Shown here piece by piece: positions 29,125 through 38,548 of a stretch of DNA of 64,000 bases (the first letter of the stretch is position 1; every line of letters starts with the position of its first letter). The notes beneath the pieces were generated by a model. The model was not told where the DNA came from. It did no database searches and saw only the letters and a program-made list of their open reading frames with translations. Source of the stretch: Candidatus Vogelbacteria bacterium RIFOXYD1_FULL_46_19 (lineage in GTDB: Bacteria; Patescibacteriota; Minisyncoccia; Phycocordibacterales; XYD1-FULL-46-19). The stretch is from assembly GCA_001824825.1 (NCBI GenBank), contig MHTK01000006.1, positions 57,051-121,050 of the forward strand, read 5' to 3'. The position numbers were made by a program, and so were the translations under genes.

Positions 29125-30183
29125 ATGATGTTAAGTATAGTCAAAGTGTTTGCCCCAACAGCTATCGCCTTCTTTTTAGGTATTGCTATGACACCGGTTT
29201 TGACTCATTACTTATACAAACATCGCTTGTGGAAAAAGAAGTCGGGGAAAGTTGCTCCCGACGGCCGCGACACGCCCATCTTCAACAAACTCCACGCTCA
29301 TAAAGAAACAGGCACCCCACGAATGGGCGGCATTATTATTTGGGCCAGTGCTCTTTTAACCATTGCTGTCATCTGGATTATCTCTCAAATTTTTCCAACC
29401 GACATTACCACTAAACTGGACTTCTTAAGTCGTAATCAAACGTGGCTACCACTGTTTACCTTACTGGTTGCCTCCGGTCTCGGCTTGGTGGATGATTGGC
29501 TGCAAATCCGAGAACCCAAAGACGGTCAGAACGGGGGGCTGTCTTTCAGTCGCCGTTTGGTAGTAGTAACCGCCCTAGGTTTGGGTGCCGGTTGGTGGTT
29601 TTACTATAAATTAGGCGTCAGCACTATTCACATCCCTTTTGGCGCTGATTTAGAGGTTGGTGTCTGGCTCATTCCCATTTTTATCGGAATTATGCTAGCC
29701 CTTTTTTCTAGCGGAGTCATAGACGGAATCGATGGCTTGTCGGGGGGTATTATGTCGATTATTTTTGGGGCTTACGCCGGAATTGCTTTTTTTCAAAATC
29801 AAATCGACTTGGCCGCTTTTTGCGCGGTAATTATGGGGGGCACACTGGCTTTTTTGTGGTTTAATATCCCGCCGGCCCGATTTTATATGTCAGAAACAGG
29901 CATTCTCGGACTAACTACCACTTTAACAGTAGTAGCTTTTTTAACCGACTCCGCCTTGTGGCTACCGATTATTGCTTTTCCTTTATTTATTACTTCACTA
30001 TCGGTGGTAATTCAATTGGTTTCCAAAAAACTTCGCCACGGTCGCAAGATTTTCTTGGTCGCTCCTGTTCATCATCACTTTGAAGCCATTGGCTGGCCAG
30101 CAGCCAAAGTGGTGATGCGCTACTGGGTAGTAGGAATCATTACCGCTATTATTGGTATGATTTTGATTCTCCTAGATAAATAA
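29125..30183 (+). CDS. mraY: Phospho-N-acetylmuramoyl-pentapeptide transferase
   Basis: GTPRMGG, DD, DGIDGL, FLWFN.PPA, APVHHHFE. Confidence 0.95.
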   Translation: MMLSIVKVFAPTAIAFFLGIAMTPVLTHYLYKHRLWKKKSGKVAPDGRDTPIFNKLHAHKETGTPRMGGIIIWASALLTIAVIWIISQIFPTDITTKLDFLSRNQTWLPLFTLLVASGLGLVDDWLQIREPKDGQNGGLSFSRRLVVVTALGLGAGWWFYYKLGVSTIHIPFGADLEVGVWLIPIFIGIMLALFSSGVIDGIDGLSGGIMSIIFGAYAGIAFFQNQIDLAAFCAVIMGGTLAFLWFNIPPARFYMSETGILGLTTTLTVVAFLTDSALWLPIIAFPLFITSLSVVIQLVSKKLRHGRKIFLVAPVHHHFEAIGWPAAKVVMRYWVVGIITAIIGMILILLDK

Positions 30184-30184
30184 A

Positions 30185-31300
30185 ATGACCACTCGCCTCA
30201 CTGCTAAAAATCAAAGTCGAACTTTTTTAATTTTGATTCTGACAATCTCAGTGGTTGGTTTTTTTATTTTTCTGTCAGCTTCACTGGGAATGGTAGGCAG
30301 TGAAATTAGTGGCTTCATTAAGGTTGGTCTAAAACAGTTAATGGTGCTTCTAGGGGGCTTGGTCCTGATGGTTTTACTCTCAAACTTAAATTATAAACAT
30401 TGGCGGCAATGGTCTTTACCACTGTTGGTGGTCGCTCTGGGGGCCACTGCTTTGGTTTTTATTCCCGGTTTAGGAGTAGATTCCGGCGGGGCTACTCGCT
30501 GGATCGGCCTCGCCGGTTTTACGGTTCAACCAGGGGAGTTACTTAAGCTAGGCGTTATAATTTACTATGCCGCTTGGCTTTCCTCCGCCAAAGCTAGGGC
30601 TGGCACTTTTACTAAAGGCGTAATGCCTTTACTTATCCTGCTTGCCCTAGCCGGGTTACTACTACTTAGCCAGCCCGACACTGGTACTTTTCTCGTAATT
30701 GCTTTAGCAATGGTCTGCCAGTTTATAGTGGCCGGCGGTAAGTGGCGACACTTAGTACTCCTGGCTCTAATCGGTGCTATAGCCCTAGGGTCACTGGTGG
30801 CCACTAGGCCTTACCTACGCAGTCGGTTGGCTACCTTCTTAGATCCAGCCGCCGATCAGCTTGGTTCTTCATACCAAATAAATCAATCCCTAATTGCCAT
30901 TGGTTCTGGGGGAGTTTTTGGTCGAGGGTTTGGTCAAAGTTTACAAAAGTTTAGCTTCTTGCCTCAACCGATCGGGGACTCCATTTTTGCGGTCGCGGCT
31001 GAGGAATTTGGTTTTGTTGGCTCCCTGGTCATCATACTTTTATTTTTACTTTTTATGATTACCGGACTTAAAATTGCGGCTCGAGCGCCCGATACTTTTG
31101 GTAGACTTATCGTACTAGGGCTTGTTATACTCATAGTGTCACAATCCTTTATAAACATTGGAGCAATGTTGGGACTTTTGCCCTTAACTGGTGAGCCTTT
31201 AATTTTTGTGTCGCAAGGAGGTAGTGCTCTCTTGTTTGGCCTGGTGGCCGCCGGAATTATATTAAACGTCTCACGCCACGAAACCAAAGCCATTAAATAA
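30185..31300 (+). CDS. ftsW: SEDS peptidoglycan glycosyltransferase FtsW
   Basis: GATRWI, QPGELLK, QPDTGT, EEFGFVG; lies between mraY and murG. Confidence 0.92.
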   Translation: MTTRLTAKNQSRTFLILILTISVVGFFIFLSASLGMVGSEISGFIKVGLKQLMVLLGGLVLMVLLSNLNYKHWRQWSLPLLVVALGATALVFIPGLGVDSGGATRWIGLAGFTVQPGELLKLGVIIYYAAWLSSAKARAGTFTKGVMPLLILLALAGLLLLSQPDTGTFLVIALAMVCQFIVAGGKWRHLVLLALIGAIALGSLVATRPYLRSRLATFLDPAADQLGSSYQINQSLIAIGSGGVFGRGFGQSLQKFSFLPQPIGDSIFAVAAEEFGFVGSLVIILLFLLFMITGLKIAARAPDTFGRLIVLGLVILIVSQSFINIGAMLGLLPLTGEPLIFVSQGGSALLFGLVAAGIILNVSRHETKAIK

Positions 31301-31390
31301 TACTCTCGAGATGAGAACGAATTCCATTATTAACCAACTGCCACCGCTAAATTTAAAATTATTAATAGTGGTGACTAATTTTTCATAAAG

Positions 31391-32518
31391 ATGCGAATTT
31401 TATTTACCGGTGGGGGCACGGGGGGACATTTTTACCCCATCATTGCGGTGGCCGAGGAACTACGAGCCGTCGTTTATGAAGAAAAGCTGGTCGGATCCAA
31501 GCTCTACTTCATGTCGGACAAGCCCTATAATGAAAAGTTGTTATTAGAAAACGATATTCGCTTCGTAGTGGCCGCCGCCGGCAAGTGGCGTCGCTACTTT
31601 TCCATTTTAAATTTTACCGATTTATTTAAAATTGGTTTTGGTATTGGGCAAGCCATTTGGAAAATGTTTTGGATTTACCCCGATGTAATTTTTAGCAAAG
31701 GCGGTTATGCGAGTGTACCGGCCGTCTGCGCTGGCCGAATCTTAGGGATTCCTATTTTTATTCACGAGTCTGACTCCCAACCTGGTCGAGCTAATTTATG
31801 GGCCGGAAAATTTGCCCAGCGTATCGCTTTGTCATACGAGGAAGCAGCCAGCTATTTCGAGACCAAGAAAACGGCGGTCGTCGGCAATCCACTGCGCCGA
31901 GAAATTTTAAATCCCATTCCTCAAGGAGCCAAAAAATTTCTTAAACTGGAAGAGGATTTACCCATTATCTTGGTTTTAGGTGGTTCACTTGGATCGCAGT
32001 GCATTAATAATGTTCTGCTAGAATCTCTACCGGAACTACTGGAGTCTTACCAAATAATTCACCAAACCGGTAAACAAAATTTTGCTGATGTAAAAGCCCG
32101 CACTCAAGTTATATTGAAAGATAACCCCAACTCCAAGCGTTACCAAACGTTTGAATATTTAAATGACCTAGCGATGCGAATGGCCGCCGGAGTGGCCGAC
32201 TTGGTTGTTTCCCGGGCCGGATCCGCCATCTTTGAAATTGCACATTGGGAAATTCCGGCTATTATTATTCCCATTCCAGAGACCATTAGTCACGACCAAC
32301 GGAGCAACGCTTTTACTTATGCCCGCTCCGGTGGAGCGGTAGTAATCGAAGAAAATAATTTGTCACCTTCGGTCTTAACCTTAGAGATAAAACGTATTTT
32401 GACAGATCCACGACTGGCGGCCGAAATGCAGATCGGGGCCAAGAATTTTGCCCGGCCGGAAGCCGCTCGCCTGATTGCTAAAGAAATTTTAGACATTGCC
32501 ATCCAACATGAAATCTAA
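31391..32518 (+). CDS. murG: MurG glycosyltransferase
   Basis: GGGTGGHFYP, KGGYAS, HESD, GGSLGS, SRAG, DQRSNA. Confidence 0.97.
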   Translation: MRILFTGGGTGGHFYPIIAVAEELRAVVYEEKLVGSKLYFMSDKPYNEKLLLENDIRFVVAAAGKWRRYFSILNFTDLFKIGFGIGQAIWKMFWIYPDVIFSKGGYASVPAVCAGRILGIPIFIHESDSQPGRANLWAGKFAQRIALSYEEAASYFETKKTAVVGNPLRREILNPIPQGAKKFLKLEEDLPIILVLGGSLGSQCINNVLLESLPELLESYQIIHQTGKQNFADVKARTQVILKDNPNSKRYQTFEYLNDLAMRMAAGVADLVVSRAGSAIFEIAHWEIPAIIIPIPETISHDQRSNAFTYARSGGAVVIEENNLSPSVLTLEIKRILTDPRLAAEMQIGAKNFARPEAARLIAKEILDIAIQHEI

Positions 32519-33827
32519 CCAGTCTATAGTTACACGCTTTGCCCCCAGTCCCACCGGACTTTTACACGCCGGTAATTATCGAACGGCCGTTTTTGCCTAC
32601 CTATTTGCCCGCCAACATAAAGGTAAATTCATTTTACGCCTTGAAGACACTGACCGTGAGCGCAGCCGGCCGGAATACGAGGCTAATATTTTAGACAGTC
32701 TAAGTTGGCTAGGGCTAGAGTATGATGAGTTACACCACCAATCTAAGCGAAGTGAACATCACCGGGCTTATTTAGAAAAAATGATCGCCGGTGGCCAAGC
32801 TTATATCTCCAAGGAAACTCCGGTTAAAGAAGGGGGACGCAGTGAAGTCATTCGTTTCAAAAATCCCAATCGGACAGTGACTTTTACTGACCTCATCCGC
32901 GGTGAAATAATTTTTGACACCACCGAGCTGGGAGATTTTGTGATTGCCAAATCTTTAGATGAACCCCTCTTTCACTTGGCCGTGGTAGCCGATGATGCCG
33001 ACTTAGGTATCACTCACATCATCCGAGGTGAAGATCACATTTCCAACACTCCACGTCAGATATTAATCCAAGAAGCTATCAACGCTCCCACCCCTTTGTA
33101 TGCTCACTTGCCACTAGTCTTGGCTCCAGACCGCTCTAAACTCTCCAAGCGCAAAGGGGCCCTAGCCTTAACCGAGTACCGCAAGCAAGGCTATTTACCG
33201 GAAGCCCTCCTTAACTTTATGACCATGCTCGGCTGGAACCCTGGTACCGACGAAGAAGTTTTGTCTAAGGCCGAGCTAATGGAAAAATTCAACTTGTCTA
33301 AAGTCCAAAAGGCTGGTGCCATTTTCAATGAAGAAAAACTGCGGTGGTTCAACCGAGAGCATTTGCGCCGCCGCCCGGCCGGTGAGCTAAAACAGCTGGT
33401 TTTAGCTAAAATTCCCAACTTAAGCTCTTTGCCTGAAATAAGTCTAGAACGCCTGTTACCGGTTATTTTAGAGCGAGTAGAGACTATAGCAGACCTTGAC
33501 CGGATGAAAGAAGAGGGGGAGTGGGATTACTTCATTGAAACCCCCACGATCTTACCTGAACTTTTAAAAACCCCAAAACACCTACCAGCTTTAGTCAATA
33601 TTTTAGAGCAAGTCCCAGTTGAAAAATTTACTGCCGAAGTCATCAAGGAGACGGTGTGGGATTTTGCTACTAAAGAGGGGAGGAGTGAGGTGCTGTGGCC
33701 GATGCGAGTGGCCTTAACCGGCCGAGCCAAATCACCAGATCCCTTTATCGTAGCGTCTATTTTAGGTAAAGAAAAAACGATCAATCGGTTAAACCAAGGA
33801 ATAGTACTTATCGGAGACGTTAATTAG
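32508..33827 (+). CDS. gltX: Glutamate--tRNA ligase
   Basis: RFAPSPTGLLHAGN, IRGEDHISNT, KLSKR. Confidence 0.97.
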   Translation: MKSNQSIVTRFAPSPTGLLHAGNYRTAVFAYLFARQHKGKFILRLEDTDRERSRPEYEANILDSLSWLGLEYDELHHQSKRSEHHRAYLEKMIAGGQAYISKETPVKEGGRSEVIRFKNPNRTVTFTDLIRGEIIFDTTELGDFVIAKSLDEPLFHLAVVADDADLGITHIIRGEDHISNTPRQILIQEAINAPTPLYAHLPLVLAPDRSKLSKRKGALALTEYRKQGYLPEALLNFMTMLGWNPGTDEEVLSKAELMEKFNLSKVQKAGAIFNEEKLRWFNREHLRRRPAGELKQLVLAKIPNLSSLPEISLERLLPVILERVETIADLDRMKEEGEWDYFIETPTILPELLKTPKHLPALVNILEQVPVEKFTAEVIKETVWDFATKEGRSEVLWPMRVALTGRAKSPDPFIVASILGKEKTINRLNQGIVLIGDVN

Positions 33828-33884
33828 ACGAACGAATAGATCTAAGACTTTGCCCTTGGGTTTAATACCCTTTATAATAGGGCT

Positions 33885-35168
33885 ATGAATGCTCGATATT
33901 TTAAATATACTGCTTGGTGTCTGTTTTTTTTGATAATTCTCGTCCTTACACCGCAAACCAACGCTCAATCAGTGGATGAGCTGAAAAACCAAATCACTTC
34001 CAAAAATAGTGAAATCGCTCAACTGGAAAAAGAAATTGCCGAGTATCAGAAAAAAATTGCCGCCACCAAAGGCCAGTCTAGTACTCTAAACGCCGAGTTG
34101 GCGCGCCTAGAGAGCTCGAAGAAAAAATTGGAAACCGACGTGGCTTTAACTCGTAAAAAAATCAGTGCTACCGAACTAACCATTAAAAAGCTAGGTAGTG
34201 AAATAGCCACTAGCGCTAGTAAAATTGAAACCAACCACCTAGCCGTGGCAGCGGCTTTACGAGAAATGAAAGACGCTGATACTTTCAACTTCACGGTCGC
34301 CTTTTTAAGTAATGACACTTTGTCCGATTTTTTAAACGACTACGCCACCCTGGAATCTTTTCGCGGTAAACTCGAGGCCCAGATTTTAGAGCTTAAAAAG
34401 ACTAAAACTACCTACGAAAAACAAAAGAGTGAATCGGAAGAAGAAAAACTAGCTTTGACTTCACTCCAATCAAAATTAGCCGACCAACGACAGATTGTCA
34501 CTCAGAACCAGTCAGAGAAAAGCGTTTTACTGTCCCAAACTAAAGCCCAAGAGGCTAGCTACCAGCAACTCCTGGCCGACCGCATCGCCAAGAAAAATGC
34601 AGTGGAGGCGGAAATTAGGAAAGCTGAAGATGCTTTAAACCTCATTGTTAACCCGGGATCCCTGCCGGCCACCGGGCGGGGAGTAATTAAGTGGCCTTTT
34701 GATAAAGTAGTAGTGACTCAATACTTTGGCAACACTCCTTTTGCCACCGCTAACGCCCAGATTTATAAGGGAGCTGGTCATAATGGTATAGACCTGGCGG
34801 CGGCCGTGGGAACCCCGGTCAAAGCGGTTCTAGACGGAACAGTGATTGGGGTAGGAGATACCGACTTAACCTGTCCGCGAGCCTCTTATGGTCGCTGGGT
34901 GATGGTGAGGCATAATAATGGCCTCTCGAGCGTTTACGGTCATCTTTCCCTACCGAAAGTAGTTGAGGGTCAGACAGTAAAAACCGGTGACATCGTAGCT
35001 TATAGTGGCAACACCGGCTACACTACCGGGCCACACTTGCACTTCACTCTCCTCGCGACCCAAGGCTCCCAAATCGGTTCCTTGCAGTCTAAGGTGCCCG
35101 GTTGCGGGGTTTACCGAATTCCCTTGGCCACTAAAGAAGCAGTTCTTAACCCTTTATCTTATCTATAA
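33885..35168 (+). CDS. Coiled-coil M23 peptidoglycan endopeptidase
   Basis: Signal peptide, long coiled coil, intact HNGID and TGPHLHF zinc motifs. Confidence 0.92.
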   Translation: MNARYFKYTAWCLFFLIILVLTPQTNAQSVDELKNQITSKNSEIAQLEKEIAEYQKKIAATKGQSSTLNAELARLESSKKKLETDVALTRKKISATELTIKKLGSEIATSASKIETNHLAVAAALREMKDADTFNFTVAFLSNDTLSDFLNDYATLESFRGKLEAQILELKKTKTTYEKQKSESEEEKLALTSLQSKLADQRQIVTQNQSEKSVLLSQTKAQEASYQQLLADRIAKKNAVEAEIRKAEDALNLIVNPGSLPATGRGVIKWPFDKVVVTQYFGNTPFATANAQIYKGAGHNGIDLAAAVGTPVKAVLDGTVIGVGDTDLTCPRASYGRWVMVRHNNGLSSVYGHLSLPKVVEGQTVKTGDIVAYSGNTGYTTGPHLHFTLLATQGSQIGSLQSKVPGCGVYRIPLATKEAVLNPLSYL

Positions 35169-35211
35169 AATAGAGTAAATAATTATTAATCACTTTTTGA
35201 AACATTAATCT

Positions 35212-35493
35212 ATGGCTTCCAAGCAAAACTCAGGCGGTTTTATCAAAATTATCCTAATCATTATTGTTCTGGTGATTGTGCTGGGAATTTTTAAAATTGA
35301 CCTAAGAGCCATAACGGATTCAGAAGTTACCCAGCGAAATATGGACGTCATAAAAGAAGCGGGGGATAAAGTCTGGGTTTTTGGCCTCCATGTGTGGGAA
35401 AATTACATTAAAGAGCCGGCTTTATGGGTCTGGAATCAGGTCGTTTTGGAACAAATTTGGCCGATCATATCAGATTGGTGGACCAGTCATTAG
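35212..35493 (+). CDS. Small membrane protein with a pilin-like N-terminus
   Basis: KQNSGGFIKIILIIIVLVIVLG resembles a G/F prepilin cleavage site plus hydrophobic helix, but lacks E5. Confidence 0.55.
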   Translation: MASKQNSGGFIKIILIIIVLVIVLGIFKIDLRAITDSEVTQRNMDVIKEAGDKVWVFGLHVWENYIKEPALWVWNQVVLEQIWPIISDWWTSH

Positions 35494-35539
35494 CTAAAAA
35501 ACCCTTTAAATATAACGTTTTTTTGCCATCTAAAAACGC

Positions 35540-35568
35540 TTGACAATGGTCGAGCCCCTTGCTATAAT
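35540..35568 (+). promoter_or_regulatory. Consensus sigma70 promoter
   Basis: TTGACA-17-TATAAT with extended -10 TG. Confidence 0.85.
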
Positions 35569-35737
35569 ATTGACAGTTACTTACATTGTGTGTGATAGTA
35601 TGTAACTCTTAAATTCACCATCACGCAAAACACTGCAAAGTGTTTTTTTCTTTGGAATCCGCTTCCCACTACAAGTGGCGGACTCTGAAGTTTAAAATTT
35701 AGCCCTACGGCTTATTTTACGAACTTTACAAATAGGC

Positions 35738-36205
35738 TTGGCAAGCCTTATAGCTGTCACAAATATTACTCCTACCACTGCCGGTGTTCCGGTTTCGACC
35801 GCGACCGCCGACCAGGTAGAAGTTGCGCAACTTGTCACTGAGTCCGAAGTAGCCCCAACCCAAAGTAATTCAGATTTATCGATTCCTGAGCTAATTGCAA
35901 TACATAGTAAGGAACAAGGGGTTGATGTGAAACTGGCTCAAGCAATTGCATTTTGTGAAAGCACCAATCGTCAATTTATTGACGATAATATGACTCCGTT
36001 ACGCGGTCTTCATAATCCACTAGACGTCGGTATCTTTCAAATTAATGAGAAGTACCACCTCGAGAAAAGTCAGGAGCTTGGCTTTGATATTTACACCATC
36101 ACGGGTAATATCGACTATGCTCTCTGGCTCTTAAAAAACGGGGGTTCCCGTCACTGGAATTGGAGCCGACCGTGCTGGTCTCAGAAAATAAACCCTGTCG
36201 CTTAA
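35738..36205 (+). CDS. Lysozyme-like / SLT transglycosylase domain protein (start uncertain)
   Basis: IAFCES, DVGIFQIN, GNIDYA, W..SRPCW. Confidence 0.8.
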   Translation: MASLIAVTNITPTTAGVPVSTATADQVEVAQLVTESEVAPTQSNSDLSIPELIAIHSKEQGVDVKLAQAIAFCESTNRQFIDDNMTPLRGLHNPLDVGIFQINEKYHLEKSQELGFDIYTITGNIDYALWLLKNGGSRHWNWSRPCWSQKINPVA

Positions 36206-36222
36206 ACCCGACAGGGTTTATT
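36187..36222. terminator. Inverted repeat / terminator
   Basis: AATAAACCCTGTCG...CGACAGGGTTTATT overlapping the stop codon. Confidence 0.75.
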
Positions 36223-36335
36223 GGTTGCCGAGAATACCCGGTCGGCTGCTTGTCTGCCTTTGGCTGAGGTGGCAGGCTTGGTTAAATATTAAGTACCAAA
36301 TTGCCAATTTAATAAAATTATCGTTATAATAGACA

Positions 36336-36418
36336 GCTGATGGAACGAGCTAGTTAACTCAACTTCCATCCTAGGAGCGGCCAATTACCTTCATCATCTG
36401 TTGTGCGGCCGCTTTTTA
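36336..36418 (+). ncRNA. Putative short RNA or terminated leader with two hairpins
   Basis: TTGCCA-18-TATAAT at 36301-36330; GATGGAA/TTCCATC stem; AGCGGCC/GGCCGCT + TTTT. Confidence 0.4.
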
Positions 36419-36445
36419 CATTTAGACTAATTCCGGTCATTCTTT

Positions 36446-36577
36446 ATGTTTTATTTAGACGTCGAACAGTGGAAAGAGGATTTACTAAACCTATTTAAAC
36501 ATCTGCCCAGCATCATCGCCTGGGTCTTTTACTTGATTTACAAAAAAATTGAGAACAAATTCCACCCAAAAACTTAA
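36446..36577 (+). CDS. Putative 43-aa small hydrophobic protein (not in ORF track)
   Basis: MFYLDVEQWKEDLLNLFKHLPSIIAWVFYLIYKKIENKFHPKT. Confidence 0.35.
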   Translation: MFYLDVEQWKEDLLNLFKHLPSIIAWVFYLIYKKIENKFHPKT

Positions 36578-36943
36578 TTTCATCCGTCTCAATTTTATTA
36601 TTTAAATGTCTTACGTCGCAAAATCTATATTGTGCGACGTTATATTAAAAACTCAGGAGCTGAACCTCTCCCTCTAATTATCTGATACCCAACCCCCTAC
36701 CCCGATCTACCTATCCAGTACGATCGTCTAAGATAAGGGGGTTCCCCGATTTAATATTATTTATATTAACCCTTGTTTGGTACCAGTTGTCTCCCCCGCC
36801 GACCGGTAGGGAAGTGAGTGGTAATTTTTTACAGATTAAGATTTCGGCTTTATCACCAACCACTCCCCTTGCATTTTGGAGAAAAAAATGGACAATTAAA
36901 TTTGGTGCACTTGGGTCTCTCAATAAAAAAGGATGGGATCTAT

Positions 36944-37117
36944 ATGGTAGCTAAGTCGCGCGGGAAGAATACTGGTCCTAAAACCAATTGCTTTCATCGT
37001 CGTCGGACCCACCAAGGTCCACTTCCCAACCCCAGCGCGGAGGTCGCGGACTTCCGCTACAAGGTGACGGAGGTTTACCCTCCGCCTGGAACGAACCGGG
37101 GTCCGAATAAGAAGTAG
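36944..37117 (+). CDS. 57-aa basic orphan protein
   Basis: AAAGGATGG upstream of the ATG; followed by a terminator. Confidence 0.5.
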   Translation: MVAKSRGKNTGPKTNCFHRRRTHQGPLPNPSAEVADFRYKVTEVYPPPGTNRGPNKK

Positions 37118-37132
37118 GCCCCCTTTCGTCTG

Positions 37133-37170
37133 AAGCCTCGCCCAACGTGCACCGGCGAGGCTTTTTTCTT
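37133..37170 (+). terminator. Intrinsic terminator
   Basis: AAGCCTCGCC...GGCGAGGCTT-TTTT. Confidence 0.8.
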
Positions 37171-37213
37171 ACCCTTAATTAAACCTAATAAAATAAGTAG
37201 CACCCTTAGAAAA

Positions 37214-37633
37214 CTATAACCCCGGGCAATTTTTGGCCGGGCTATAACCGGCTAATTCAGCTTCTTCTTTAGTAGCAAACCAGACCTTATTCCCCTCCTT
37301 GATAGTGACGGCCGACGGGCACCACGGGAAATGGTATTTAGTCCCACCTTTAGAACCCACATATTTTCCGGTAGCCAGCCCTGGGGCTTCACTGGTATTA
37401 GTCGTATTGTTAGACTCGGTTATCGGCAAGGTAGCCGGTTCAATGACTCTAACTGGCACTCGATTTTCCTCTAATTTTGTTAAGCGCCCCAAACCAAAAG
37501 CCAGGGCGGCGGTCAAAATAATCAGTAAAATAATAAAAATATCTTTTTCCCATTCCCCCAGCCAAGCCCTAAGGGAGGCTACCTGGTTAGGGCTCGGGCC
37601 CTTGATTTTTTCGACTATATCTCTTATACTCAT
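37214..37633 (-). CDS. TM protein with a C-terminal Ada-like metal-binding domain
   Basis: YVGSKGGTKYHFPWC..IKEGNKVWF..AELAGYSPAKNC. Confidence 0.75.
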   Translation of the reverse strand: MSIRDIVEKIKGPSPNQVASLRAWLGEWEKDIFIILLIILTAALAFGLGRLTKLEENRVPVRVIEPATLPITESNNTTNTSEAPGLATGKYVGSKGGTKYHFPWCPSAVTIKEGNKVWFATKEEAELAGYSPAKNCPGL

Positions 37634-37691
37634 TTGGTACTTATTATAGATTATAGAACTACCAACCAGCAAATCCTAACCATTAATCCTC

Positions 37692-37970
37692 ATGGCCCAT
37701 AGAAAAGCCGGCGGTTCGGCTAAAAACCTTAGAGATTCCAATCCAAAATATTTAGGCACCAAGCTCTACGATGGTGAGGATGCCAAACCGGGAGCCATCT
37801 TGGTGCGTCAGCGCGGTACCAAGGTCCTACCTGGCACCAATGTTAAAGTGGGCAAAGACCACACTATTTTTGCCGTAGCCCAAGGTAAAGTCAAATTCAC
37901 CGAGAAAAGAAAGCTGTCTTTCAATGGCCGAACCAAAGTCCACAAGGTAGCCAACGTGGTAACTAAATAA
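37692..37970 (+). CDS. rpmA: 50S ribosomal protein L27
   Basis: [28 protein letters not shown]. Confidence 0.98.
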   Translation: MAHRKAGGSAKNLRDSNPKYLGTKLYDGEDAKPGAILVRQRGTKVLPGTNVKVGKDHTIFAVAQGKVKFTEKRKLSFNGRTKVHKVANVVTK

Positions 37971-37982
37971 TTTAAATTTTTT

Positions 37983-38024
37983 CCCATCAAAAAAACTGCT
38001 CTTTCGAGCAGTTTTTTTGATGGG
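37983..38024. terminator. Bidirectional terminator between convergent rpmA and rplI
   Basis: CCCATCAAAAAAACTGCTC-tttc-GAGCAGTTTTTTTGATGGG. Confidence 0.88.
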
Positions 38025-38042
38025 GTTATTAATTTAAATATT

Positions 38043-38480
38043 CTAACTCTCTGCTTCAATAATCACTTCCACTTTACTACCCTCCCCTATTTCAACTTCG
38101 TGGATACCAGTAGTTTTCAAAGCTTTACCTAAGTGAATCAATTCGAGATCAACGTCCAAATTATACTGAGCTTTCAGAGCCTCCGCTATATCCCCCTTGC
38201 CCACTCCGGCAAATAAGTGCCCCTCTTCATTAGCTTTGGCCATAAGGCTAATACTCTTAGTGGGCAGGGCTTCTATCGCGAGCTTGAGGGCTTCTTTTTG
38301 CTTCGAGAAACCAGCTAAATGTTTTTCCCTTAAATTGGTTAATTTGGCCTCAGGCATAATCCCCGGCATAACTGCCTTGCCGCGAGGTAATAAAAAGTTC
38401 CGAGCGTAACCGGCGGCTACCTCTTTCTCTTCATATTTTTTGCCCAATTTTGCTACATCCTGCATCAGTACTACCTTCAT
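38043..38480 (-). CDS. rplI: 50S ribosomal protein L9
   Basis: MKVVLMQDV.KLGK, GYARNFLLP, GHLFAGV. Confidence 0.96.
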   Translation of the reverse strand: MKVVLMQDVAKLGKKYEEKEVAAGYARNFLLPRGKAVMPGIMPEAKLTNLREKHLAGFSKQKEALKLAIEALPTKSISLMAKANEEGHLFAGVGKGDIAEALKAQYNLDVDLELIHLGKALKTTGIHEVEIGEGSKVEVIIEAES

Positions 38481-38548
38481 ATATGTGCTTGATTTAAAAG
38501 TAAAAAGTAGCTAGATCATAGCTTATTTAAACCCCCTTGTCCATAGGT

